Source: a virus. Taken from it: a stretch of 64,000 nt of DNA. A program made the position numbers and the translations under genes. This document shows positions 9,671 through 19,475 of this stretch, piece after piece; the stretch's first letter is position 1, and every line of letters starts with the position of its first letter. The DNA lies in the IMG/VR virus record IMGVR_UViG_3300032236_001850, positions 52,392-116,391 of that record; one strand, written 5' to 3'. Under the pieces are notes generated by a model, which was not told the DNA's origin, searched no databases, and worked only from the letters and a program-made list of their open reading frames with translations.

Positions 9671-9961
9671 ATGAGCGAGACAGTAAACAATTATTGGTTC
9701 TGTGAAATAGGGCCATTACATGAAGGTGAAAGCGTTGGTGATTGGCCATTGAGAAGAGCAGTAGAGGAAAAATTCAGTGAAGTATTGGGTAGGGATGCAT
9801 TGACATGTTCCTCCGGTTGGGGTTTAACCTACGAGATTAAGGATGTTATTTCAAGCATAAGACATCTGCATATAACTGACGAATCTGGTGAAAAGTTGAG
9901 AAAAATCAAGGAGATATTATACAATAAAGAATATCTAGAGTTTCCAAATCTCGAAAAATAA
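9671..9961 (+). CDS. hypothetical protein
   Basis: ORF track. Confidence 0.4.
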   Translation: MSETVNNYWFCEIGPLHEGESVGDWPLRRAVEEKFSEVLGRDALTCSSGWGLTYEIKDVISSIRHLHITDESGEKLRKIKEILYNKEYLEFPNLEK

Positions 9962-9971
9962 TTCACAAATA

Positions 9972-10010
9972 ATTTTTTTATATCGAAACTTTTTCATATA
10001 TTTGCATTGT
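9972..10010 (+). promoter_or_regulatory. conserved upstream motif before 10040
   Basis: tttttttatatcgaaactttttcatatatttgcattg. Confidence 0.5.
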
Positions 10011-10039
10011 TAATTTAAAAACAATTAAAAAATAACAAG

Positions 10040-10498
10040 ATGGCAAAAAGAGAACAAGTATTAGGAAACTTTAAAGCAGTAGAAAAAGAAATTGCAGCAA
10101 TCGAGTCTGCACCAGCAGTGGTTTATATCACAGCATCAAAATATATCCCGTCAGTTGGGTATGTGGCAGAATTAGCAGACATCAAACAAGTTGTTAAAGC
10201 ACAAAAGCTTATCAACGAACAAAAAGGTGGTTTGGATGAAGCTGCTAAGGCATTAGGTCTTAGTGAAGACGACTTCCAAGAGGAAGCTGCAACATTCATG
10301 GGATTCCCAATCTCAGTTTGGGAACAAGACATCAAAAATCGTTTGGCTGAACTTAAATCAGAGACGAGACTTGCTAAACTTAAAGTGGCAAGAAAAACTC
10401 TTAAGAAAAACCTTTCCAAAGACGACAAGTTCGAATTGGAAATGGGAGACATCAATGATGTACTTTCAACATTGAATATTGAGGAGGAATCTAACTAA
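10040..10498 (+). CDS. hypothetical protein
   Basis: ORF track; upstream conserved motif; followed by hairpin terminator. Confidence 0.45.
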   Translation: MAKREQVLGNFKAVEKEIAAIESAPAVVYITASKYIPSVGYVAELADIKQVVKAQKLINEQKGGLDEAAKALGLSEDDFQEEAATFMGFPISVWEQDIKNRLAELKSETRLAKLKVARKTLKKNLSKDDKFELEMGDINDVLSTLNIEEESN

Positions 10499-10518
10499 TC
10501 ATAGAAATATTTTATTCA

Positions 10519-10549
10519 CAAGCTGCATCTTTCTGGTGCAGCTTTTTTT
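10519..10549 (+). terminator. rho-independent terminator
   Basis: agctgca-tctttctgg-tgcagct hairpin + T7. Confidence 0.6.
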
Positions 10550-10567
10550 AACCATAAATTATTTTCT

Positions 10568-11212
10568 ATGAAGACAAAGTTAGACAAAGAGTTTGACTTT
10601 CCTTCACTTACAAACCTGAAAGCTCTCAGAGATGAATCTAAGAGAAGGAAGGAGCTGAAAAAAGAACTCGAAATAGTATCGGATAGTATAGACGACTACA
10701 TTCAAAAATTCATTGAGTGCAGTATGTTTAAATTGAATTCACTCCAGGATTTGGATACTGTGATTGCACCTCAAGACGTTCATAAATTTACACTTCTTGA
10801 CATACCATTCAAGAACTTTAAAAAATTGAAATTAGCCTCTGAGATCATTTCGGAAATACTTAAATTAAAGGGTGTTGAATATTGTATGGGGTGGTTTTGT
10901 AAAACCCAAAGAAAGATCGATCCGTTTAAGAACGTGATTTTCGACGATGCTGAACCCTGCTCAATATTTGTGGATTTTCAGAACAAGAGTATGTTTTTCA
11001 TCCCATCTGTTATCAATCCAGAAATTGGTGTGAATCACAAGGAAAACAAATTGGTTATAGCATATAGAAAAATGAGGGTTGGTGATCCTTATAACACATC
11101 TTCGTGGAACCACCCGGTTGATCAAATATATCCATGGCACTATACATTCCATATGAAATGCACTGTTGATATAGACACGTTAAATTTTGAAACTACAGAA
11201 CAAGGATGGTAA
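10568..11212 (+). CDS. tandem paralog family member 1
   Basis: ORF track; N-terminal DF..L..L..L motif shared with next three genes. Confidence 0.45.
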   Translation: MKTKLDKEFDFPSLTNLKALRDESKRRKELKKELEIVSDSIDDYIQKFIECSMFKLNSLQDLDTVIAPQDVHKFTLLDIPFKNFKKLKLASEIISEILKLKGVEYCMGWFCKTQRKIDPFKNVIFDDAEPCSIFVDFQNKSMFFIPSVINPEIGVNHKENKLVIAYRKMRVGDPYNTSSWNHPVDQIYPWHYTFHMKCTVDIDTLNFETTEQGW

Positions 11213-11793
11213 AAGAAAAAATAATAAAAGAGCTCAAGCAAGAATACGATTTTAAATCTTTAACCGATCTGAAGAAGCTTGTGGAGATAGTTAAGGAGAA
11301 AAATGAAGTTCTTAACATCATAAGAAAATCCGAAATAGAAATCAGAGATTATATTGAGAAATTAGCTGATAGTTTTGAATATGATCTGAATGAAATAGAT
11401 TCCTATATAGGTGTTAATAATTTTCCACAATTCTATAAGGACTCCGGGTTATCAGCTAAAGAGATCAAAAGTATAAAATCAATCTCCGAATTAATAAAGG
11501 ATAATTATTGGACATCTGATAAACAAAAATATTTTATTGACACTGTTAATAAAAAAATATACATGAGATCTCAGAGATCGGTAATTATTTTTGAAAATGC
11601 AATAGTCATAAAATACAAGGAAAGAAGAACAAGGTGGGTATGGAAAAAGGTTGACGGCTGGATGAAACATACAGATGAAGATTATGACGTTACGACCATG
11701 AGAATCAGAATCAATCTAACAACTAACTCAATAGAAGTATCAGAAGATTCAAAGACAGGAATAGGCATCAATCCTAGAGTTAAATCGAATTAA
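11206..11793 (+). CDS. tandem paralog family member 2
   Basis: ORF track; EYDFKSLTDLKKLVE N-terminus. Confidence 0.45.
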   Translation: MVKEKIIKELKQEYDFKSLTDLKKLVEIVKEKNEVLNIIRKSEIEIRDYIEKLADSFEYDLNEIDSYIGVNNFPQFYKDSGLSAKEIKSIKSISELIKDNYWTSDKQKYFIDTVNKKIYMRSQRSVIIFENAIVIKYKERRTRWVWKKVDGWMKHTDEDYDVTTMRIRINLTTNSIEVSEDSKTGIGINPRVKSN

Positions 11794-11797
11794 TATT

Positions 11798-12334
11798 ATG
11801 ATAACTAAAGAAAAACCTATAAAGATAAATCCAATCAAAGCTCCAGCTGATTTCAACGATCTGTTGGATCTACAAGATCTTAAGACACAAATGAGTGTCT
11901 TAGAGCATCTACAAAATAATCTGAAGAAGTACCAATTGGATTTTGTTAAATCATTTATCAAGACATCCCAGGAGGTAATAGATTGTATTCCACCAGAAAA
12001 TCTTGGGGATTATGAGATCTTTGATTATGATTTTAGTAATGTCGATAGCGTCAAAGAGTTTCTGAAATCCGGAAAAAACTGGGTGGTGAATCACAGGGAT
12101 AAAAGAATGATGGAAATCACTGAACCAGAGGAACTTAAATTCAAAATGAATGACAATATTCTTCTAGCAAGCGACAAGAGGGTTCTGAGGATAAACAAAC
12201 AGGCATATTACAGAATAGTTTATTTCAACGAGCTCAGAAGAGACGTTAGAATGTCATTTAGATTTGACACCAATGAATTAATCGATTGTAGTGATTATAG
12301 CTACGTAAGTGAAGGAAAGACAGAAAAATGGTAA
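11798..12334 (+). CDS. tandem paralog family member 3
   Basis: ORF track; KAPADFNDLLDLQDLKTQM N-terminus. Confidence 0.45.
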   Translation: MITKEKPIKINPIKAPADFNDLLDLQDLKTQMSVLEHLQNNLKKYQLDFVKSFIKTSQEVIDCIPPENLGDYEIFDYDFSNVDSVKEFLKSGKNWVVNHRDKRMMEITEPEELKFKMNDNILLASDKRVLRINKQAYYRIVYFNELRRDVRMSFRFDTNELIDCSDYSYVSEGKTEKW

Positions 12335-12978
12335 AAGAGGAAACGGTAAAAGTAAAGCTTCTAAAGTCACCTGCTGACTTCACAGAGCTTCTAAATATGC
12401 AGACGTTGCAAATGCAACTTGATGTATTTGAACTGATTAAGAAAAATCTTGAAAGCTATCAGGAGAAATTCTTTGAATCTTTCACTAAATCAGGTAAAGA
12501 GATTCTGGGATATATTCCAGTGGATGAACACGAAAAGTGGTTTAAACAATTCAAGGACGAGGATTGCAAAAATCTTGAACAGTACCTTAGAGAGAATGAA
12601 AGATCCTGGGAGAAGGGTAAAAGGGATCTTCAATGGAGTCTTATGCGTGAGGACATATCAGAGGTTGAATACACAAAACTTCTCAAGAACATGAAATTTA
12701 CCTGGGACAGGAGGTACATAGTTGACACCAAGAACAAGAAATTAATCCAATTGGACTATGGAGAAAGAAGAGGACATCAGCACTATTCCTGCAAGATTAA
12801 ATATAAAAGAAACGGAAAGGATAAACTAACGGTCCAATTTGCTTATGAGTGGACTCCGTGGCACAATAACAGAGGACCAAGTCAAACAAGAAATACTTAC
12901 TACCATTTCGACCTTGTAAACAACACCTATATTGGGATGTCGGAGGACAATGGTAATCAAGGTTATGGATGGGGATAA
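12328..12978 (+). CDS. tandem paralog family member 4
   Basis: ORF track; KSPADFTELLNMQTLQMQL N-terminus closely parallels member 3. Confidence 0.45.
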   Translation: MVKEETVKVKLLKSPADFTELLNMQTLQMQLDVFELIKKNLESYQEKFFESFTKSGKEILGYIPVDEHEKWFKQFKDEDCKNLEQYLRENERSWEKGKRDLQWSLMREDISEVEYTKLLKNMKFTWDRRYIVDTKNKKLIQLDYGERRGHQHYSCKIKYKRNGKDKLTVQFAYEWTPWHNNRGPSQTRNTYYHFDLVNNTYIGMSEDNGNQGYGWG

Positions 12979-13049
12979 AATAAATCAAAATAAATTTTTA
13001 TATCTCGAATCAAAATCATACATTTGCAATATAATTTAATAAAAAGATC

Positions 13050-13481
13050 ATGGCATCGGAAATGTTAGAAAAGATGAGAGCTTTCATGGAATCTCCAGAG
13101 GGTGTAGCTTCAATTGAAAGAATGAAGGCCAAAATGCAGAGGGAAGAGGACAGGAAGCGTAGAGCCTTCGAGTATATCGAGAGCCTATCCAGAGAGGAAT
13201 TCGAATCCAAGCTGGCAAAAGAAATTGCTAGACATGATGATGCATACGAAAGAAGATGTTACGCTAAAGGCCACATGCCGCATCCAAGAAATCTGATGTA
13301 CTTTGTATTCAATGCTGCTGAAATAGGCGGAAGACCTTATAACAAACAACTTGACAGCTTCGATGCAAGTTTTGGTGGTGGATCTATTAAATATAGAGGT
13401 CACTACTTCAATTGGATATTTGGACAGGGAACTGTTCTAAGAATATTCAATCCAAAAAAAGAATGTATTTTTTCACTATAA
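13050..13481 (+). CDS. hypothetical protein
   Basis: ORF track; upstream conserved motif. Confidence 0.45.
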   Translation: MASEMLEKMRAFMESPEGVASIERMKAKMQREEDRKRRAFEYIESLSREEFESKLAKEIARHDDAYERRCYAKGHMPHPRNLMYFVFNAAEIGGRPYNKQLDSFDASFGGGSIKYRGHYFNWIFGQGTVLRIFNPKKECIFSL

Positions 13482-13492
13482 AACCAAATAAA

Positions 13493-13690
13493 ATGGCAGT
13501 AACTAAACAAAAATTTTTAATTACCTCAAGTGGTAAAATTAATGCTCAGGAAGAAGTTGACGCTGTTCTGAATGACGGATGGAGAATCATCTCAGTAACA
13601 CCAAGAGCAGTATCGACCGGTAAATCCGGCGTAACCGAGCATGGTGCATTCGGAATTCTATTTGAAAAATTCTTTCCGGAAGAAAATTAA
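13493..13690 (+). CDS. small hypothetical protein
   Basis: ORF track (13412); ATG at 13493 (atggca) preferred. Confidence 0.35.
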   Translation: MAVTKQKFLITSSGKINAQEEVDAVLNDGWRIISVTPRAVSTGKSGVTEHGAFGILFEKFFPEEN

Positions 13691-13695
13691 CGGAC

Positions 13696-13938
13696 ATGGA
13701 AGATTCCTCTCAAAATCTAGAAATTCACGAGGCAGCGGATAGAATATATCCACTGATGGCCAATTACAGCTTTGATGCACAGGAAGAGATTATAAGGGAT
13801 TTGCTGAGGGTGATCTACACAAGAAAACTCGATAGTAAAAAATATCATAAAGAGCATCTGGATATAGCAACAGAGCAATCGGAAAAAATGAAAGAAAAAT
13901 ACCCATTTATATTTATAAAACAGGATGAAAAACTTTAG
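13696..13938 (+). CDS. hypothetical protein
   Basis: ORF track. Confidence 0.35.
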   Translation: MEDSSQNLEIHEAADRIYPLMANYSFDAQEEIIRDLLRVIYTRKLDSKKYHKEHLDIATEQSEKMKEKYPFIFIKQDEKL

Positions 13939-14773
13939 CCTTGGTGATCGTATGAAGGAATTCTACGAAGACCGTTTTAGATATTATGTTCCACGCAGAA
14001 CATACACATTAATCAGAATTGACGGGAAAGCCTTCCACACCTACACAAAAGGTTTGGAGTCACCATTTGATGCAGGATTAATTGCAGACATGAATGAGAC
14101 TACTGCCTACCTTTGTAAAAATATTCAAGGTGCAAAATTTGGCTATGTTCAATCGGATGAGATCAGCATACTTATTACTGATTTTGATGAGAGAGACACC
14201 CAGATGTGGTTTGACGGAAATCTACAAAAGATGGCTTCTGTTGCAGCTTCTATGGCTACATCAAAATTCAACGAATTAAGAGTAGTCAGAGTCCTTAGAA
14301 AATACGAATGCCAATTTGATACACCATTACAAATGGACACCGATTCGATATTAGAATTTCTTTCTAAGATTAAAAAAGCGGAGTTCGATGCTAGAGTATT
14401 TCAGATTCCACAAAAAAGCGAGGTTGAGAACTATTTCATCTTCAGACAACAAGACGGTACCAGAAACTCCGTCCAGTCGGTTGCTCAGAGCCTATATTCA
14501 CAAAGTGAATTAAATGGCAAGAAGGAGAAGGATATGCAGGAGATGATTTTTCAAAAAGGTATCAACTGGAATGATTACCACTTCAGAGAAAAAAGAGGTG
14601 GAATTATTGCTAAGGTTCCGACAATGATGGAGGGTAAGAATGGTCAGGTTGAAAGACTGAAATGGCAAATGATTCCAACTCCTATATTCACTCAGGAGAG
14701 AGAATTCATGGACATTATGATTCCAGAGTTTGAAATTAAATCACCTAAATCTGAAGAAGTTGAGGTACAATAG
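13925..14773 (+). CDS. Thg1-like protein (tRNA-His guanylyltransferase family, 3'-5' polymerase)
   Basis: N-terminal GDRMKEFYEDRFRYYVP...IRIDGKAFHTYTKG resembles Thg1 N-terminus (...RLDGRnFH.F). Confidence 0.55.
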   Translation: MKNFSLGDRMKEFYEDRFRYYVPRRTYTLIRIDGKAFHTYTKGLESPFDAGLIADMNETTAYLCKNIQGAKFGYVQSDEISILITDFDERDTQMWFDGNLQKMASVAASMATSKFNELRVVRVLRKYECQFDTPLQMDTDSILEFLSKIKKAEFDARVFQIPQKSEVENYFIFRQQDGTRNSVQSVAQSLYSQSELNGKKEKDMQEMIFQKGINWNDYHFREKRGGIIAKVPTMMEGKNGQVERLKWQMIPTPIFTQEREFMDIMIPEFEIKSPKSEEVEVQ

Positions 14774-14999
14774 CATAAATGAAATAGTGTCTTCTCCAGA
14801 ATGGAAGGAGTTCATTGATCTTGAAAATAAAGCAGCCGAGGAAAGATTAGCTAACATGACACTCAGAGAAAGAATGGCAGAGGCCATTGATAACATGACA
14901 GGACCACAGGATGGAGAACTAACCATGATTACTGGCAAGTCACAAAGTGGATCTTCGATGATACAAAAATTCTTAGAAAAATACCAAAAAGATGTATAA
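14730..14999 (+). CDS. hypothetical protein
   Basis: ORF track; overlaps upstream gene by 44 nt. Confidence 0.3.
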   Translation: MKLNHLNLKKLRYNSINEIVSSPEWKEFIDLENKAAEERLANMTLRERMAEAIDNMTGPQDGELTMITGKSQSGSSMIQKFLEKYQKDV

Positions 15000-15252
15000 A
15001 CCAAAATATATTATAGCAGACGGAAGTGCAATCATTTTCTCTGCAGCGATAACACATTCCACCATGGCTAGAGGAATGGGTAGAATAGATGGAGCTGGAT
15101 TTGTTGATTTTCAAACTGAGGTCGACAGCTTTGGTGAAACCATAATTAAAGCTGTTGCTTACGGTGAGAGCACCTCATTGGACATAAAATCAAGACCCAT
15201 AGAGGATTCAGCAATCCTGACAAGACAAATAACAAACGTATTCGGATATTAA
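14992..15252 (+). CDS. hypothetical protein
   Basis: ORF track. Confidence 0.35.
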   Translation: MYKPKYIIADGSAIIFSAAITHSTMARGMGRIDGAGFVDFQTEVDSFGETIIKAVAYGESTSLDIKSRPIEDSAILTRQITNVFGY

Positions 15253-15253
15253 T

Positions 15254-15670
15254 ATGACCATATCCATAGCTCAAGCTGATGTACCCAATCTAGTTGGTAA
15301 CATTTACACCAAAGAGGCAATAACTCAAATGTATGAGCAATGCAAGAGTGCGATGGAGAATGGTTTTTTCGGAGGTGTTATACGGGATGACGGCGTTAGT
15401 CCACTTGATCTATCAAAAGTGACACACCAGGTAAATCAGGTCGATGTGATTGATGGATTTTTAGTTGCTGATGTTTCTTTTATGAGCACACCAGATGGTG
15501 AGATTGCTAGAAACATGGTTGAATCCGCGGCTGGTGTTATAAGACCCACAATTCACGGTACTCTTGATCCAGTAACAAAGGAAATTAAGGTGGCTAAAGT
15601 AGTAAGTTTCGATGTGATACAATACCATGACGATTTTAGATTACATATAACTTGGAAACAAATAAAATAA
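15254..15670 (+). CDS. hypothetical protein
   Basis: ORF track. Confidence 0.4.
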   Translation: MTISIAQADVPNLVGNIYTKEAITQMYEQCKSAMENGFFGGVIRDDGVSPLDLSKVTHQVNQVDVIDGFLVADVSFMSTPDGEIARNMVESAAGVIRPTIHGTLDPVTKEIKVAKVVSFDVIQYHDDFRLHITWKQIK

Positions 15671-15671
15671 A

Positions 15672-16046
15672 ATGACAGATAAAATATTTCTTTTTATTCT
15701 GCTAATACACTTTCTAGCAGATTTCGCATTACAAACTGACGATCAAGCAAAGGGTAAAAGCACAGATCCAAAATGGTTAACCTACCACGTTGCTGTTTAT
15801 TCTGTGATATGGTTGATGGCTTCCTGGTTTTATTTTGGAGATTTCAGACAAGCAGCATTCTTTGCAATTGTCACTTTCATCTCCCACTGGTTTACCGATT
15901 TCATTACCAGCAGAATAGGAAAGCCTTTCTGGGACAAAGGTGATTACCACAATGGGTTCGTTGTTGTTGGGTTTGATCAGATCCTACATTATCTTCAATT
16001 ATGGTACACATTTAAAATCATATTGGAAATAAATGGGACAATATAA
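15672..16046 (+). CDS. membrane protein (multiple TM helices)
   Basis: ORF track; hydrophobic segments. Confidence 0.4.
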   Translation: MTDKIFLFILLIHFLADFALQTDDQAKGKSTDPKWLTYHVAVYSVIWLMASWFYFGDFRQAAFFAIVTFISHWFTDFITSRIGKPFWDKGDYHNGFVVVGFDQILHYLQLWYTFKIILEINGTI

Positions 16047-16272
16047 CGAGAATCACAAGAAAAAGAAAATCAAAAAGGAGATACAAAAGTGTATAGAATC
16101 TCCCGAATATTTTCGAGAAAACTATATTGGAATTATTGATCCAGAGACCTACGAGAAGGCATTTCCAAAAATAAAGGAAGGCTTTGAGGGCAAGGTGATA
16201 ATAACATCAACACCTAACGGAGACACACATTTTAAGGACCTTTGGGAAAAAAGCAAAAAAGATTCGGAATAA
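16033..16272 (+). CDS. hypothetical lysine-rich protein
   Basis: ORF track. Confidence 0.35.
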   Translation: MGQYNENHKKKKIKKEIQKCIESPEYFRENYIGIIDPETYEKAFPKIKEGFEGKVIITSTPNGDTHFKDLWEKSKKDSE

Positions 16273-16309
16273 ATTTTTTTATTTCGAATCTTTTTTTTAT
16301 ATTTGCATA
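16273..16309 (+). promoter_or_regulatory. conserved upstream motif before 16322
   Basis: tttttttatttcgaatcttttttttatatttgcatat. Confidence 0.5.
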
Positions 16310-16321
16310 TAATTTAATGAT

Positions 16322-17068
16322 ATGAACGAAGAATTATTTAATAAAGCACTTCCCAAATGGCCAGCAATAGTAGTTGTTGGTGAACCTGTCACTGAACAAC
16401 AAGCCATGGCTATCAATGTTATGACAGACAGATTTAGTTTCTGCACAAATGACAGAAAGTTTGAAAAACAAATTCATAAATTGATCTATGAAGTTGATGA
16501 ATCCTGGAGCGATCTCACTGATGCACTCAAGGAAAAACACAACACTGATTTCAATGGAGCATGGGACATAAAAGAATCAATCTCAAAAAAATACGGAGCT
16601 CTAGAACTTAACTACATGAGTAATTCCAGAATCGTTTCTTCATGGCTTGGCGGACCACACGGATGGTGCAACTGGGACGGCACAATAGGATCAAGCAACT
16701 ATAATATTGGTAAATGGCCTAGTGTTCGCGATGTTTATGAAGACTGCGTTAAGATAGCAGAAGCCTTTCCTTTCCTTAATATGAAAGTGCAATTGATGAA
16801 CCAGGAGGCTGGAGAAGACGACGAACAACTGGAAGTCATTGTTGAGTACTCAATAAAAGATGGCGAAGTCGACATGTACGAACCAACAGAAATTCTAAAA
16901 ACCCCTGCCTTTGGTAGTGCTGATATGTATGCCAGATTTAATAATCCACATGCCGAAAGAGGATGCACAATAGAAAAACTGGAGGAAGCTCTGAAAGTTA
17001 GTGAATTATATTCGTCAACCAAAGAGAGACTATACAAAAACGAATTTTGGAACAAATTAGAATCATAA
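16322..17068 (+). CDS. hypothetical protein
   Basis: ORF track; upstream conserved motif. Confidence 0.45.
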   Translation: MNEELFNKALPKWPAIVVVGEPVTEQQAMAINVMTDRFSFCTNDRKFEKQIHKLIYEVDESWSDLTDALKEKHNTDFNGAWDIKESISKKYGALELNYMSNSRIVSSWLGGPHGWCNWDGTIGSSNYNIGKWPSVRDVYEDCVKIAEAFPFLNMKVQLMNQEAGEDDEQLEVIVEYSIKDGEVDMYEPTEILKTPAFGSADMYARFNNPHAERGCTIEKLEEALKVSELYSSTKERLYKNEFWNKLES

Positions 17069-17080
17069 AAAATAAAAGCA

Positions 17081-18013
17081 ATGGTATTAAATCTTTCTGA
17101 ACCGTGCAGCTACGGTATCAAATTCAAAGTCTCTAAATTTCCTGATGGACAACAAGCCATCACTATATTAGAGGGAGAAGTTCTCAAATACAACATGTTT
17201 GAGAAATTGGAACCCGTGGTAATAAAATCAAGAATAACATCCTTCTTGGATCTTGAGTTAGTTATCTGTGCAAATAGAGCTCTTAAGGAACTTGGTGTTA
17301 AAGAAACTTCACTCGAGATATCATATTTATTGGGTGCAAGATCCGATAGAAAATTCGAAACCGGAAGCGTTAATTACATCAAGGAGATACTTGCTCCAAT
17401 CATCAACGCACAGAATTTTTCAAGAGTAACGGTACTTGATCCACATTCGGACGTAACTGAAGCGTGTATCAACAACTTCAAAAAGGAAACTCAATGGAGT
17501 CAAGGGTTGATAACATTTGTGCTACGTGATTATTTCGTCGGTGGAAGCACGGACTATTCCAAAATGAGATTAGTATCTCCGGATGCTGGTGCTCTTAAGA
17601 AAGTTTATGATGTTGCCGAGTCTATCGGGTATAGTCACGACATAGTTATAGCATCGAAACACAGAGATGTTAAAACTGGAAAAATCACACACACTGATGT
17701 TCCAATCTCGGTACATGACGTGGATAAAGATTTCTTCATACTGGATGATATTTGTGACGGTGGTAGAACCTTTATCGAGATTGCTAAGGCAATCAAAACG
17801 AAACAATCAATTTCCAGCGCGGTTCATCCAGAGAATCACGGTAAGATTTTTCTGGTTGTAACACATGGAATATTCTCAGCAGGTTTAAAACCACTAAATG
17901 AATATTTCGATGGTATTTATACAACGAATAGCTATGTTGATATGGCTGATCCTGAATTCTCATTAAGAAACGATAATGAGATGCACAAACTTAAACAATT
18001 AAAAGTTATCTAA
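17081..18013 (+). CDS. prs: ribose-phosphate pyrophosphokinase family protein (Prs; Adps-type ADP-ribose pyrophosphate synthetase not excluded)
   Basis: motifs FPDGQ, YLLGARSDRKF (YYGYARQDRK), LDPHS (LDLHA), VSPDAG, FILDDICDGGRTF (PRPP-binding loop), VTHGIFSAG. Confidence 0.75.
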   Translation: MVLNLSEPCSYGIKFKVSKFPDGQQAITILEGEVLKYNMFEKLEPVVIKSRITSFLDLELVICANRALKELGVKETSLEISYLLGARSDRKFETGSVNYIKEILAPIINAQNFSRVTVLDPHSDVTEACINNFKKETQWSQGLITFVLRDYFVGGSTDYSKMRLVSPDAGALKKVYDVAESIGYSHDIVIASKHRDVKTGKITHTDVPISVHDVDKDFFILDDICDGGRTFIEIAKAIKTKQSISSAVHPENHGKIFLVVTHGIFSAGLKPLNEYFDGIYTTNSYVDMADPEFSLRNDNEMHKLKQLKVI

Positions 18014-18014
18014 T

Positions 18015-18233
18015 ATGGTTAATGCAGAAGAAATTTTCGGTGGGTTTTTTAAATTGGTTGTAGCCGTAATCATCTTTGTATTTTTGGTCGCAGGGGCTTT
18101 AGGTATTTTTTTAGGCAATACAATTTGGGGTAATTCTGAATTTATAGAATCTAAAACAAAAATTGAACCAGCTATCAAATTAACAACTGACGGTAAAAAA
18201 GTTGACACGTTATACGTTTATAAAATAAAATAA
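18015..18233 (+). CDS. small membrane protein
   Basis: ORF track; TM helix. Confidence 0.35.
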   Translation: MVNAEEIFGGFFKLVVAVIIFVFLVAGALGIFLGNTIWGNSEFIESKTKIEPAIKLTTDGKKVDTLYVYKIK

Positions 18234-18235
18234 AA

Positions 18236-18496
18236 ATGAAAGGCATGTTAGAGATTATCATATTGGGAATTGTGTTAGTACTAGGATTCCTATTTATAGG
18301 AGACACTGAAATCACATTCTCTCCGTTCACCTTCAAAATGAATGCTCCATTAAATGCAGCAGGTTGGATCCTATTGTCAATTGGTGTTGCATTAATAAGT
18401 GCGAACGCTAGACAAAAAGGACGCAGAGAGGCTATTGATAACATCGTGGTTCACATCGATAGTAAAGGGACAACTAAACCGGAAGATCTTAAATAA
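18236..18496 (+). CDS. small membrane protein
   Basis: ORF track; two TM helices. Confidence 0.35.
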   Translation: MKGMLEIIILGIVLVLGFLFIGDTEITFSPFTFKMNAPLNAAGWILLSIGVALISANARQKGRREAIDNIVVHIDSKGTTKPEDLK

Positions 18497-19050
18497 TGGG
18501 AGCTGCTGTTTTAGGACACTCGGAGGAGAAACCAATCCACCCAGCATATCGGGAAGTAGTTGGTAATCTAATAACCATGGCACAACAAGGTAAATTCCAG
18601 GTGATCACACACGGATGCAATTGTTTCTGTACCATGAGAGCTGGAATAGCTCCACAGATGGCTAAGGCTTTCGGATGTGACAAGTTTCCAATGGAAGGTC
18701 ATCAACATAGAGGTGATTACAACAAACTCGGACAGATTGATTGGAAGATTAACACCTACACTGGTGGAACTGGTGAATTTGATTTTTTTGAATTTGACTT
18801 AGCTGTTGTTAATTTGTATTCCCAATATGGATTTGGACTAAATCATGATGGCGGGACAGCTAGACCTATCGATTATGATGCCCTCAGATTGGGCCTCAGA
18901 AAAATAAACCATCAATTCAAAGGTAGACACGTAGGACTCCCGAAAATAGGCGCAAAACTCGCGGGTGGAGATTGGGAGATTATAAAGGTGATCATCCAAG
19001 AGGAACTGAAAGATTGTAAAGTAACCGTTGTAATATACGATAAAGAATAA
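18496..19050 (+). CDS. macro-domain protein (putative ADP-ribose binding/hydrolase)
   Basis: HGCNCFCTMRAGIAPQMAKAFG resembles the NAAN..GGG..AI..AAG macro motif; VGLPKIGAKLAGGDWE resembles the FPaISTGiyGfP motif. Confidence 0.5.
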   Translation: MGAAVLGHSEEKPIHPAYREVVGNLITMAQQGKFQVITHGCNCFCTMRAGIAPQMAKAFGCDKFPMEGHQHRGDYNKLGQIDWKINTYTGGTGEFDFFEFDLAVVNLYSQYGFGLNHDGGTARPIDYDALRLGLRKINHQFKGRHVGLPKIGAKLAGGDWEIIKVIIQEELKDCKVTVVIYDKE

Positions 19051-19060
19051 AAAATTAAAC

Positions 19061-19288
19061 ATGACGAGAGATCAATTTAGAATAGTAGCAAAATATTACG
19101 ATACAAATTCATTAACTTATATCTTCTATCTTGACACCATTATAGGATATGTGGAGATCTATAGCGATCTTTATTTCAAGGAGGTCGAGAAGGACAAATG
19201 GGAGTCACAGAAGAAGAAAAGAAAACCTGATGCCATAAATGCTGAGTGTGAATCACTCATCAAAAAATACATCTCTGCAAATTCTTAA
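19061..19288 (+). CDS. hypothetical protein
   Basis: ORF track. Confidence 0.35.
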   Translation: MTRDQFRIVAKYYDTNSLTYIFYLDTIIGYVEIYSDLYFKEVEKDKWESQKKKRKPDAINAECESLIKKYISANS

Positions 19289-19299
19289 TTTGTAACATC

Positions 19300-19464
19300 A
19301 TGATAGACAGACTAATAAGTAGATTGACAATGAAGTATGAATATTCTCTATTCACAGACGTTGTTAATGGCAGATCAGTAAATCTATACACAGATGGATA
19401 TGGTGTAAAGTGGATGGCACAATCAAAATGGGGATTCAGAACTAAAAGAAAGGAAGATCAATAA
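19300..19464 (+). CDS. small hypothetical protein (54 aa)
   Basis: hand-translated ORF MIDRLISRLTMKYEYSLFTDVVNGRS... below the ORF-track size cutoff. Confidence 0.3.
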   Translation: MIDRLISRLTMKYEYSLFTDVVNGRSVNLYTDGYGVKWMAQSKWGFRTKRKEDQ

Positions 19465-19475
19465 ATAAAATCAAT

